A stretch of 64,000 bases of DNA from Antedon mediterranea (lineage: Eukaryota; Animalia; Echinodermata): assembly GCF_964355755.1 (NCBI RefSeq), contig NC_092672.1:29270437-29334436 (forward strand), written 5' to 3'. Each line of letters begins with the position of its first letter. The first letter of the stretch is position 1. Positions 53,701-64,000 of the stretch are shown here, in pieces. The notes under the pieces were generated by a model, which saw nothing but the letters and a program-made list of their open reading frames with translations, did not search any database and was not told the DNA's origin. A program made the position numbers and the translations under genes.

Positions 53701-56700
53701 CAAGAACTTCAAGCAATGACAAGGTAATTATCAGATGTTTGGTAATGATGTTCCCAAATATGGTAGTGATATTACATCATCATGTCCATATATGGGCACA
53801 TCACATTTGTTTGTCAAATAAAGTTTGATACTGCAGACAGAGCTTTATATTTCCTACAAAATAAAGATTCAGTATTTTATATAATCAGGAACATTGTTTT
53901 CTTTGCGATAAGATGCGTGGCAAAACAATGCATCTCGTTAAAAAAATAGAGAAATAAATTATATATAATTAGTCATTTATTGAACATTCATTTCAATATA
54001 CAGTACAAGATAAATAATACACAATAAACGTTATTGTCCCCTGAAAAAATATTTGTTTAAAATTTTAATGTCACATAATAGTTATTCACTTTGACCAAAA
54101 ATTTGATGGGAAAAAAAATGTATTTACCTGAAAAAATGGTAAAGTAAAGTAAACCGTTTTATTTTATATTTAAGTGAAAACATTATTATTATTTTTTTGT
54201 TCTAAGGTAGTGATTATAACTTTGTTAAAACTACAAAATGGCTTATTAAAAGTTTGAATTTATTAATCGTCATTTTTCATGTTTTTTGGGGAAAATACAT
54301 CTTTAAATTCAATCAATGTAACATAGTAAATTTAATAAATAAAATAAATTGTTTTTCATTTTTTCCAAGGTCTGGTGGAGATAGTGATATATTGATGATA
54401 GATGGAATAATAGAAGAACTAGGTGATCATGTGGTCCATTTGTGGAACCGAGAGGACAAGGATGGTAACGGGAAATATCCACCCCCAAGTATACATGTAA
54501 GTTTCTTTTATATCTTGAATACATTTTTATATCATACACAGAAAGTAACTCGCCTGAATTACAAGATGTAAAATGTTTTTAAACAAACTTACAGCATAAA
54601 TTCAACATAACCTTGAAATTTCTATCTTCATGAGAAGAATCCTATGATGTTATGAGGATTGGTGACCGATCTCATAACATAGGATTCTTCTAATGAAGAC
54701 TTGTGAAACTTGTCGAAAATTCAAGTCTCATTTGAGGCTTAGGGAGTGGAATAGTTTTACAGTAGTCAAATATAACCCTTGGCATGAGGTAATGATTGAA
54801 CCTTAGACCTTAGTATTGGAAGGTAAGCATGTTAACCACCACATGGCTAATTAACACAACATTTTTCTCTACATAATTATTTTAAATACAGTCAACTGAA
54901 AACCAGACACTCCCAAAACCAGACTGAGGTCCAAAGATCAATTTTTCCCATTACAGCCAATTTACCACAGACAATATCTGTAATAAAAATATAGAATATG
55001 TGTTATTCCTTATGACCATTTACACAAAATGCGGAGCGGACAGGCAGTTTTACGCTTCGGATAGATACAGATTATACGTGGGACAAGCTACACGGTTTTC
55101 CACTTACCGTAACCGCTCGTCTGTGTAAATTGGCCTTTTGAAACACATTATGAATACCAGACTTTCCAAAAAAACCAGACATATTAGGCTAGCCTAAAGG
55201 TGTTGGGAGAGGTGACTGTATAAGTTATCTTTTACCTAGGCACTATTGGATATCTATCTACTTGAGAATGTTCCACTTATGACTAAACACTGTATTGTTG
55301 CATACTTTCTACAAGGACTTGAGATCTGCCTCGACCCCAATAAGCATGAAGAGGTGAGTGAATTTTTATTTGTATCTATTGGTTATCATTCGTCATTAAT
55401 GGTGTAACCAGAAATGAGTTTAAAACATAACAAAGCACAAATAAAATATACCTTGTTTAGTTATTTATGTAAAATAAATTTAGTAAACAAAACTCAAAAG
55501 GACATTTTGCAAAGTAAAAATGCAAAAATGTCCTCATAAATTAATAATAAATTAAAGAGAAATGTGCATAATAGATATTAAATTCTACTATGTTAATGAG
55601 TTTATTTTAAATATTTCAGATTCTGGATAAAATTGGTCAATTTGAACAAACGTTTTGTATACCACCTGGTGTTGCTAGGTTACTAAGAGGCTTTTTTCTT
55701 CTCGACCATAAGTTGTTTGAGGTAAATTTTTATTTTTTTTTAAAGGTCTGTCTGCACTTTCAAACTTTATGTGATATCAACCAAATATGGTAGTGATATG
55801 TCCAAATATTACATCATGTCCATATATGGGCACATCACATTTTTTTGTCACATAAAGTTTGTTAGTGTCAGACAATGCTTTAATGTCTGACATACAGTAG
55901 AACTCCTATTCGGGAAACCCTTTTTAGGGGGACACTTTCCTGTGAAAAAAGTTGCAGAGAAATGTTTAATATGACACCCATCGTCTATTCACCGGACAAT
56001 TAAATGGGTGAGTCCTTGTGTAGTAAATATTCTTATTGTGTGATCAAAGTATAAGAATTCTTTTTCTTCTATATTTTTACAGGATGCTATAACGACCTTT
56101 CTTGATCCACTCATCACTGTTGACCTACCGTCATGGCAACATCAACGCATCATGAAAGCCTTCCTGTACCACGACAACAGTAAAAAGGCGCTGCATTACC
56201 AACGGACACGAAACCCACCTCTCAACACGCTAGAAGACGTTCAAATGCACCTTACGGTTCTTCTTGCTAATGGGTATATTTAGAAATATTGTGTGTTCTA
56301 TTTATAAAACCAACTGATTCTCAGTCCTGTTTCTAAATTTGTCTAGTGTATCTTAGGCAAATTCCATAATACAGCATCTCATGTGTTTCACATGCCCTGC
56401 CGGCATCATAGACTCTAAACTAACCATCAATCTAATTGTCCATTTTACAGGCACCACATGTGATAAACATGATGTACTGTATTATGGAATGTGCCTATGA
56501 TACTGTAGAAATAATTTTCATATGTGGAGATGCAGCACTGAGAATTGGGTGAATAATCGATATTGTGTATATTCATACCTGGTATTGGTTCAGGAACCGT
56601 CTAAATAGAGACATCTGGTACCCATTGACATAAAGTTTGCATTTAAATTGCACAATATTTTTTTAAAATAAAAACTCACCGATAATATTTCTTCTCCTTT

Positions 56701-59700
56701 CAGATTAACGTCTGAAGCGTTTCAATTCCAGAGAAAGTATAACGATCCCGCTTCTGCCCAGGACCTTCTGCTACACCTGTTCCTAGGATGTCAACAAAGT
56801 AATGTTGTCTTTAATTAAAACTCCATCAAGTACACATCATTTTTATTCCTAATTAAATATTAGAAAATGACATTTCTTCAATTGTATTCTATTATGATTG
56901 GTTCCCACTTGGAAAAATGCAAATGTAATATAAGCAATTTGACCAATCACTAATGATGGATTATCCAAAGGATTGTATGTGATTGGTTAATAATTCTTTA
57001 CCTTCTGTTGTTGTTTTATGTAGGGGGTAAAATTTTAATAAACAGAACCGTTTACTGTTCTTGAATGTGGTTTAAAAGATTCTTCCAAAAATACATGATA
57101 CTCTCAAAGAAGAGGAAATTATATTTTTGTTTGAGTAAAAATCTTTTTTTAAAATGTAACATTCAAAGCAGATTGGCGCCCATGGTTATATTCAGTCAGA
57201 TTTATTTGGTCCTTACGAAAATTCATTACAGGCACAATCGGTCACATAAAAATACAAGAACATAAAAGAACAAAACATAAAATGAGACAAATATAATAAT
57301 AGTTAGAATTAATTATTCAGTCATTAAATATTTGTGTATGTTACTATTCATGCGTTTGTTGAATTTCATAGAAATATTTTTTTTTATTTTTTTTATTTTT
57401 TAAATACAATATTTAAGATTTTAAAAATGTAACGGCTTTACCACGTTGAAACACCGGTTCTCGTCAGATCACCGTAGTTAAGCAACGTTGGGCCTGGTTA
57501 GAGCTTGGATGGGAGACCCATCTGGGAATAGCGGGTGCTGTATACGGAGCTGGGGTCCCGTTAGTCATTTGAAATCAGCACTGCTGACTCTTATGGCAGC
57601 CCCTGCATCTAGTATCTGCCTCAGACCTCTGGTCAAGATGGGCACTGGACGAGAGAAGCCCTTGATCAATGTTAGGACCAATCAAGGTGCTTTAAACAGT
57701 CCTGACTTTGTTTGTATATCAAACCTGTTAGTGGCGGTAATTATCGCTGTTGGTTTCGATTGAATAAAATAAAAATAAAAGTAAAAAATACATTGTTTTT
57801 GCAGCCCATACAATGGACAATCTTTTAAAATTACATTTTACTGATGAGGAAGAAACAATGCTTATTCGTTACCTTGAAACGAGTACTGAGCCAAATTCAC
57901 AAGAACTGCTCGTTATGCACTACCTCCAAAGAGGGCGCTATGTAGAAGCGATACAGCTAAATGAACGTCTTAAACAGCGCAACATTATGGTGAGATTTTA
58001 TTTACTTTATAACCGTTGTTCCTACTGGGACGACGCAAGTGAGTTGACCAATCACAAGCTATAGTTTGTTATGATTAGTCAAATTTATTGTGGTGCGCTT
58101 ACATCTGAACCAAACTTTAGGCAAGATTTTTTTGTTTTGTATTTTTGTTGATGAGATTTGTATGCTTCCATTAAAAAAAGTTGTCGCAAATGGTGCTTAT
58201 TTAAATACCTGTATTTATTAGCTAGCCTGCATGTCATTTTGCTTTCGTGAATTAAGTTTACATAAGTTATATGCTTAGATGACAATCTAGATTAAAAATC
58301 AAATTAAATTAAAATAAACATTTATTTCCTTCCAAAGCAGAAAAGATAAAACAAAATCAAAAACAACGAAACGTAATATTGTTTAAAAAAAGAAAATGTA
58401 ATGTACAAATCAGAGTATCAAAAAAGAAGTTATATGCTTAGATGACAATCTAGATTCATATCAAATCAAATCAAATCAAATCAAAATAAACATTTATTTC
58501 CTTCCAAAGCAGAAAATATAAAAACAAAATCAAAAACGACAATGAAACATAATATGATTATAAAAAAAGAAAAAGTAACGTACAAATCAAAGAATCAAAA
58601 AAGAAGGTCAAAATTTATATTACGAAATGACACCAAGTGGTAGGAAAAAGTAATTGTAAATGTTTTGTAGCAGTTATTATATATTATATAGTATTATAAT
58701 TCATAATCATAAATATCTAATATGTTTTTCTGTACTACCTTTAAGCTGTGTCCACATTGAATCTAGATTCGGCCAGTTGGCCTGAGAAACCCTGGCCTAT
58801 GTAACATTTTCTGTGAGCTACATTTACACATGTATGTTTAAAGCGTGGTTCCCACTAGAACACAACACAACGACGTATTGACACATAGTGATGTATTGCG
58901 TAATCACAAGTGGGAACCGACGACGCAACAGTTCTGCAAAAATCACAGGTTTAATTTCACAAACACAATTATTGGAAGGGCATTTTCTTACATTGCGTAG
59001 GTTGTGTTACGTTGCATCGCTAGTGGGAACTAAGCTTCATACAGAATCTGAAATGAGTTAATTATCAAAATATTACACTCATTTTTTTTATATGAGGAAT
59101 TTGGTCTCAGTGTCAGTCAGTGTGAACACAACCTAATAATAGTAAGAATAATCCACTATACCGCCATGAACAACTGACTCGTTAAACAGTCCCCTGCTTC
59201 TAGATTGATAGCTGAATGAATTCCGAGCTCTGGTTTCCTCAAGCTTGTTGGCGCTGAGAAATAACTGACTTCTTTTGCATTTCTTCTTAGAATCTGTCTT
59301 TTTACCACTCCTTTTGAAAAGGAATTTGTGCGTGCTTGTTTCCTCCACTTCCAGAGGGCAGCCTACTACTTGTTTACCATACAGTGTTAAGTTGAACTTA
59401 TAAATCCCTCTCTTGGTCAATGTGTATGTAAATTCAAACTTTGTCTCTTCGATCTCAAGGACGTTTACTTCAATTGATTTTGATTCTGGATCGGTTCCAC
59501 TTACTCTTAAACTTTCTTCCATAATTGGAAGATCATGAGGTCTGAGTACGTCAGTTCTTACTAGGATTGTCCTCTTGTCAGTTTTCTTACAGATTGGCTG
59601 TATTATTATGGTGCATGGTATTAAGGATTCTCTTTCTGTTGCCTGACTCTGATCCATCTCAAATCTTGTATTTACTCCTGGTTCATGCAAATTAGCTTGT

Positions 59701-62700
59701 TCTCTGTGTTCCTCTGACATCCTTTCTGGAACATCCATATGTGGAACTTTAAAATCTCTATCAGATAACTTGATGTTTGAGTTAGAATTGCTATGTAACA
59801 CGCTTTCCACATCATCAGTAACTCTTTGCTGATCAGAAGATGAGGTCATCGTAATGGTAGCAGAAGACCGTGCACCTGTAGCACTGGTGGAAGTACGAGA
59901 AAAACCACCAACAGTCTTAAAATTACCAGAATCCAGATGGTTTATCTCCACCAAGTTTCTGACAGCCCAATTGTCTGGTATAACTGCAGATATGTCCTCT
60001 GAGGAGTCGCAACTTACGCGACAGAATGGACAACGAATAACGCCATTCCTGTAAATCCTTCTGGCACAAACGAGGCAAAGAGTATGTCCACATCGTGGAA
60101 GACACTTCGGCATACGTGTGTCATTATTAAAATGGTACAGGCAAATCTCGCATGCGAGTATGTGGTGATGTCCTGAATTTGTAGTTTTATTTTCATTTTT
60201 GTTCGCCATCTTAAAAAGATACAAAATTGATTTTTTGAGTTAACAGGTTTTAAACAAAAAACAATGCCTCATAGAATAGAGTTGAAAAAACAATGCCTAA
60301 AATCTACTCACAGGTTGGCATGGAAACCGAGTAGTATTTGTCAGAAGCTTTAATAGATAAAAACATTCCAGAAAACCACACAACCAAATTTTTAGAAAAG
60401 TCTCAGCAAATTTGTTTTTTTTAATGACCCTACAGTGACCATACGTCACCGTTAACAGGTCTGAAAGACTTTTAATATAATATACTGTACATGCAAAAAT
60501 CTACAAATAACTCAATGCAAGTAAGGGCTGAATTACTCAATATTGATTCTCAGAAAAATAAATTGTAAAGACACAACAAAGGAGATAATAAAATTGCAAA
60601 TACATGTCACTAAAAAATAATAAAATGGAAGTCAAACATATGTTTCATTACTCGACTAAAGAAATGAACACTCTTACCGTAGGCTTGCCTAACACTGACT
60701 ACTGTATACTACTTATATCGAACAAGATGTGAGCAGCATGAAATATTTAACACTATGAAAGCTTACCCTTATGGATTTGAGTGAGAATATCATTATTTTA
60801 TTACCATATAGGCAAAATGCTGGTAGGTATGTACCTATGCCAAATAGTAAAATATGATTGCTATATTAACTGTCAATAGAACATTTGCATAACAAATAAA
60901 TTAATTATGAAAATATATTCATATTAGAATGGTAGCTTTAAATCTATTTATATTCACAAAGATGACCACCTTTTAAAATTTGATTGTTCATAATTTTTAT
61001 TTATCCATTATTTATAAGGGACATATTGTAAACATCATTTTATTTCCTTTTTTACCTATGCAGAAAAATTATACAACAATGATGGAAAGGTTGCAATATT
61101 TAGAAGCATCTCCTGCTAGCATGAAATTTCTCCCGGTATTTTGGATTACCAAAAAAAAACTATCGCGATATGCATAAATTTACAATTAAAAAAGAGAATA
61201 GAAAATATTGTAATATCGGTCTGTATGGGATGTTTATAATCAATTACTATAGTTTCATAAACTCGTCAGATATTTCATTTTTTCCAAATAGGTCTGGTAT
61301 AATTTGTTATTATATACCGGCACCTTTCAATTCACGCCATCTGATTGGTTAATCGCAGGTCTATAGTTATTGCCATGCCCTCGAACTATAGACCGGCTAA
61401 ACTGCGCATGTGTGTTTCATCTATCTTCTTTAAATACAATCAGATCCACACGCACAACGCAACGAGGCCTAGCCGCTAGCCTACGATGATTTACTTGTGT
61501 ATGAGCCGACTTAGTATTTAGTAAGTTCGGCCAGTTAAATTCTGAAAAAACAAATGAAGTATAATTTGGGAATATTTATTGCATATCTGGAAGTGATGAA
61601 TTATCAAATGCAGGCAATTTTTGTTTTCTTCTTCACAGCCATATAGAATAGAGTTGAAAAAACAATGCCTACCATTTACCCGCATGTTGGTGTGAAAACT
61701 GACCAGTATTTGTTCGAAGCTTCAACAGATAAAAACATTCCAGAAAAACACACAACCAAATTTTACAAAAGGCTCTGCAATTTTGTTAATTTTTATGTTT
61801 ATTTTTTATTTTATTTGTTTATTTTTTGTTTATTTTATTTCATCATCAACCTACAGTGACTAAACGTAACCATTAACAGGGCTGAAAAACTTTTAATATA
61901 CTGTAATATACATGCAAACATCTACAAATAACAAAAAGACAAAATTTAGATAAAGGCTAAACATGATATCGATATTCATAGCTCATAGCTCATAGTTCAT
62001 TTGTCCAAAAGGAAATTCATGTTGACATACATTTGCTCAAAATTAGTTGAAGGTTAGTAATACAGAAGAAGACACAAATATTTGAAAAATACAACAGAGC
62101 TACAATATTACTCTGATAAACAACGATATTAACTAATAGTTAATTAAAAAGCCTGATTGAATGTGGAACAAAATAATTAAGGAAGCGTTTTGTTCTACCT
62201 CGAGCAGTCCACAAATGCCTTACAGATCTTAACCATTGATAATTACTATGGAAAAATAAATTGAAAGACATAAAAAAAAAGATAATAAAAGTGCAAATGC
62301 ATGTCACTAAAAAATAATGATATAGAAGTCAAGCACATGAAATTTATAACACTTGAGTGAAAATATCATTATTTTATTTACCATATAGAAAAAATGCTGG
62401 TAGGTATGTACCTATGTTATATTAACTGTCAATAGAACATTTGCATACAAATTAAATAATTATGAAAATATTTTCACGTTCAAAGGTTACTTGCTTTAAT
62501 ATCACAAACAAATAATACTTCCAAAGCTAAAAGTTAAAAATGTTATTGTTCATAAATTGTTATTTAAATTTAAAACACAATTTTATTTCTTTTTGACCTA
62601 CAAAAAAAATTATATGGTTTTTGTTTATAAATCAGTAAAAATAAAAGTTGCAAGCCTGTTTGTGGTCATCTGTAACTGTAATTCAGACCTCCCACGATAA

Positions 62701-63581
62701 TGGCGCGAAACTATGGATATTTCCAGTCATCTCCCGCCCTCCTGCTAAAAAGTTCTCCCAATATTTTGGATAAATAAAAAAACTATTGCGATATGCATAC
62801 ATTTACAATTTACTACTAAACTCTAGATATAGATGAGAGAATGGGAAATATTGTAATATCAGTCTGTACGAATGTTTATAATCAATCAATTGCTTAGTTT
62901 ATTTAGTTAAATAATGAGTTGGCACAACATTTTCCGCTTTATGCCTAACATATGTTTACCAATATGTTATTTTTATAGCGCAAACTATAGGTTCATAAAC
63001 CCTTCCGATATTTCATTTTTCCAAGTTTGGAGGTCTTGTTTTTTTTGTTGTTTCTAAAGGCCATTATTATAGGGATCAGTGTTCAAAGTCTTGTTTAGTG
63101 GTGTATTTTGATGTTTCGCATTCGTCCGAGTGATACCGGAACATTGGAACTGCACCAAATATTGCCACTTTTAAAGACCAACTGAACACTATTGACATCG
63201 AAAGTAATTCGTCAAAAGCACACTTCGCTATAAATTAATATTTTTGAACATGACCCAACATTAAACTGAGAAATTGATTTTGGTTTGAATTAGTTAATTC
63301 TTAATTAAGAAAAAAGGAGAATCTCTCTCCTTTACTTGCATTTTTCTTGATGTCATGTTTTTAATTAACATCATGTTGTAATGTTAGCATCTTTTTTTGT
63401 AGTGTCACTGACGTTTTTTTTCTGTTTTCGTAGACTGGTAGTGATTTAAAGTCAAAAGAACACCATGCAACCAGGAACGCCATCGTTGAAAGTTATGCTA
63501 AACTCTTGCCGTCTGTTCAACGTAAACTTGCGTTTTCACCTGAAGCTAGTCATAAGAGGGCGACAGTCATCAAGAGAGAAG
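41790..63581 (+). CDS. AHCTF1: Nucleoporin ELYS / AT-hook-containing transcription factor 1, N-terminal beta-propeller and helical domains; gene continues past the window end
   Basis: GT-AG exons 41790-41922, 42256-42500, 42913-43180, 43795-43975, 44271-44396, 44840-44924, 45393-45688, 45928-46015, 46506-46661, 47187-47312, 47933-48023, 48355-48441, 48929-49069, 53087-53191, 53624-53723, 54370-54496, 55240-55353, 55620-55721, 56083-56273, 56704-56798, 57805-57989, 63434-63581. Motifs VTAIEP, LFDLNRWYHAQMP, HFYPSSLSF, WFIRVGLLPE, GKYPPPSIHALL, MHYLQRGRYVEA match recalled ELYS. Confidence 0.93.
44980..45275. repeat. 25-bp minisatellite (AAGCCTTGGCTGGGTGGACGAACTT), decaying rightwards
   Basis: Period 25 at 45001/45026/45051/45076, with degenerate copies beyond. 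Confidence 0.9.
48604..48753. mobile_element. MITE family B (GGCCAATTTACACAGACGAGCGG termini)
   Basis: About 23-bp TIRs; related copies at 54956-55135, ~10880-11021 and split at ~47390-47795. Confidence 0.8.
49180..49397 (-). mobile_element. Diverged copy of the Deu-like tRNA SINE
   Basis: Aligns by eye with 25280-25513 (aagtgcacac..agatgtgtacactggac..agtccttatc.gagaagact). Confidence 0.75.
49779..50801 (-). CDS. Secreted leucine-rich-repeat protein, 340 aa, nested antisense in an ELYS intron
   Basis: Hydrophobic signal peptide, LRRNT cap CPNLCTC...VNC, nine LxxLxLxxN repeats, no transmembrane or TIR segment; acceptor at 50830 just upstream of the ATG. Confidence 0.88.
   Translation of the reverse strand: MAAFSIKVGFLKYQYIFGISILFGTTLSVLSWSCPNLCTCDENKGLVNCTDRQLIEFPANVSSYTRILHLGINKLENISWKNFENHGLLTELNIKRNNLQEITDAPFRQLRNLTKLVLRHNGLRTLSSDCFSGLTSLKTLSLSYNNLATFPENLRTFTPNLKILWVISNEITVIRPESVNLPKLTRLTLGTNQIHTIERGTFQNNSRLVFLDLRNNMLSSITYEFMLQSLGNLKHLDLSENNIWNISDNAFIYLKKLETLKLDYNPFYSLPCNIFNDVVSLNQLTLRQKSMEGTAVSGINCTDIWSQVIKRLYSIEQIRNNGELIDGDRPVTISDSSLNI
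54887..55220. mobile_element. Tc1/mariner-like MITE (TA-CAGTCA...TGACTG-TA) containing a nested family B MITE
   Basis: TA-flanked short TIRs and internal AACCAGAC repeats; family B element at 54956-55135. Confidence 0.55.
57429..57780 (+). mobile_element. 5S rRNA-derived SINE (SINE3 type): 5S head, ~220-nt body, A-rich tail
   Basis: 57429-57543 closely resembles animal 5S rRNA (ACCACGTTGAAACACCGGTTCTCGTCAGATCACCGTAGTTAAGCAACG...GGTTAG..CTTGGATGGGAGACC..CTGGGAATA.CGGGTGCTGT) but lacks an oligo-T terminator and runs into a body ending (AATAA)n. Confidence 0.8.
59133..60209 (-). CDS. C3HC4 RING finger + filamin/ABP280-like repeat protein (TRIM-related putative E3 ligase), 358 aa, nested antisense in an ELYS intron
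   Basis: CEIC...CGHTLCLVC...CPFC RING; filamin-like segment DPESKSIEVNV...FEFTYTLTKRGIYKFNLTLYGKQVVGCPLEV; acceptor TTTAAG immediately before the ATG at 60209. Confidence 0.88.
   Translation of the reverse strand: MANKNENKTTNSGHHHILACEICLYHFNNDTRMPKCLPRCGHTLCLVCARRIYRNGVIRCPFCRVSCDSSEDISAVIPDNWAVRNLVEINHLDSGNFKTVGGFSRTSTSATGARSSATITMTSSSDQQRVTDDVESVLHSNSNSNIKLSDRDFKVPHMDVPERMSEEHREQANLHEPGVNTRFEMDQSQATERESLIPCTIIIQPICKKTDKRTILVRTDVLRPHDLPIMEESLRVSGTDPESKSIEVNVLEIEETKFEFTYTLTKRGIYKFNLTLYGKQVVGCPLEVEETSTHKFLFKRSGKKTDSKKKCKRSQLFLSANKLEETRARNSFSYQSRSRGLFNESVVHGGIVDYSYYY
60271..63025. repeat. Diverged tandem duplication of about 1 kb (60271-61290 vs 61643-63025)
   Basis: Colinear shared blocks: atagaatagagttgaaaaaacaatgcct, aaaacattccagaaaa, catgtcactaaaaaataa, aaaatgctggtaggtatgtacctatg, aaatattgtaatatc, gttcataaac..gatatttcatttttcc. 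Confidence 0.85.
61975..62240 (-). mobile_element. 5'-truncated LINE 3' fragment (Rex1/Babar-like) with a short tandem-repeat tail
   Basis: Minus strand reads ...ARGRTKRFLN/FVPHSIRLFN*, followed by an (ATGAGCT)n tail; present only in the second copy of the duplication. Confidence 0.6.
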
Positions 63582-63760
63582 GTAATAGATTGTTGCTTTA
63601 CTCCAATCTTCCACTCTTTTTTTTTATTTCTATTCTCTTATGGGAAAAATATAAAACAAAATAGCATAATATATTAAGGATAAAAAAAAATAAAGGAAAG
63701 GCTGAATCTATTAGTTATGTTAATCTGTTGTACAGCACAATAGAACCCTCCTTTTTGGAC

Positions 63761-64000
63761 ACCTCTATTCAGGGGACATTCTTAAGGAACACCTTAAATG
63801 AATGGGGATATACATTTTAACACTACAGCCAACCTACCTCTATTCAGGGGACATTCTTAAGGAACACCTTGAATGAATGGGGATATACATTTTAACACTA
63901 CAGCCAACCTACCTCTATTCAGGGGACATTCTTAAGGAACACCTTGAATGAATGGGGATATACATTTTAACACTACAGCCAACCTACCTCTATTCAGAGG
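63761..64000. repeat. 75-bp tandem repeat, at least 3 near-identical copies, continuing past the window end
   Basis: acctctattcagggg at 63761, 63836, 63911 and a further start at 63986. Confidence 0.95.

Noticed and set aside
57429-57543. Functional 5S rRNA gene
   Set aside because: Single copy, substitutions in conserved positions, no oligo-T terminator, continues into a SINE-like body and tail.
63084-63240. Possible CR1/L2 LINE 3' fragment (APNIATFKDQL)
   Set aside because: Too short and degenerate to call with confidence.

Overview
AT-rich, intron-containing animal DNA; gene structure and the SINE/MITE repertoire suggest a marine invertebrate, possibly an echinoderm (inference, not verified). 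Six protein-coding genes can be assembled from GT-AG exons. (1) The 3' part of a PLEKHG5-like DH-PH RhoGEF (+, 7769-15408, with candidate upstream exons). (2) An unannotated 264-aa secreted protein (-, 20492-23693). (3) A GPR157-like 7TM receptor (-, 34247-37653), arranged head-to-head with (4) the nucleoporin ELYS/AHCTF1 (+, from 41790, running off the window). Two genes with single-exon coding regions lie antisense inside large ELYS introns: (5) a secreted LRR-only protein and (6) a RING + filamin-repeat protein resembling a reduced TRIM. Non-coding DNA is dense in MITEs, a Helitron, a Helentron-type element, tRNA- and 5S-derived SINEs, LINE 3' remnants, minisatellites and local duplications. 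No prokaryotic-type system (CRISPR, operons) is present. Most short ORFs in the supplied track are spurious. Family assignments come from recalled motifs, not database searches.
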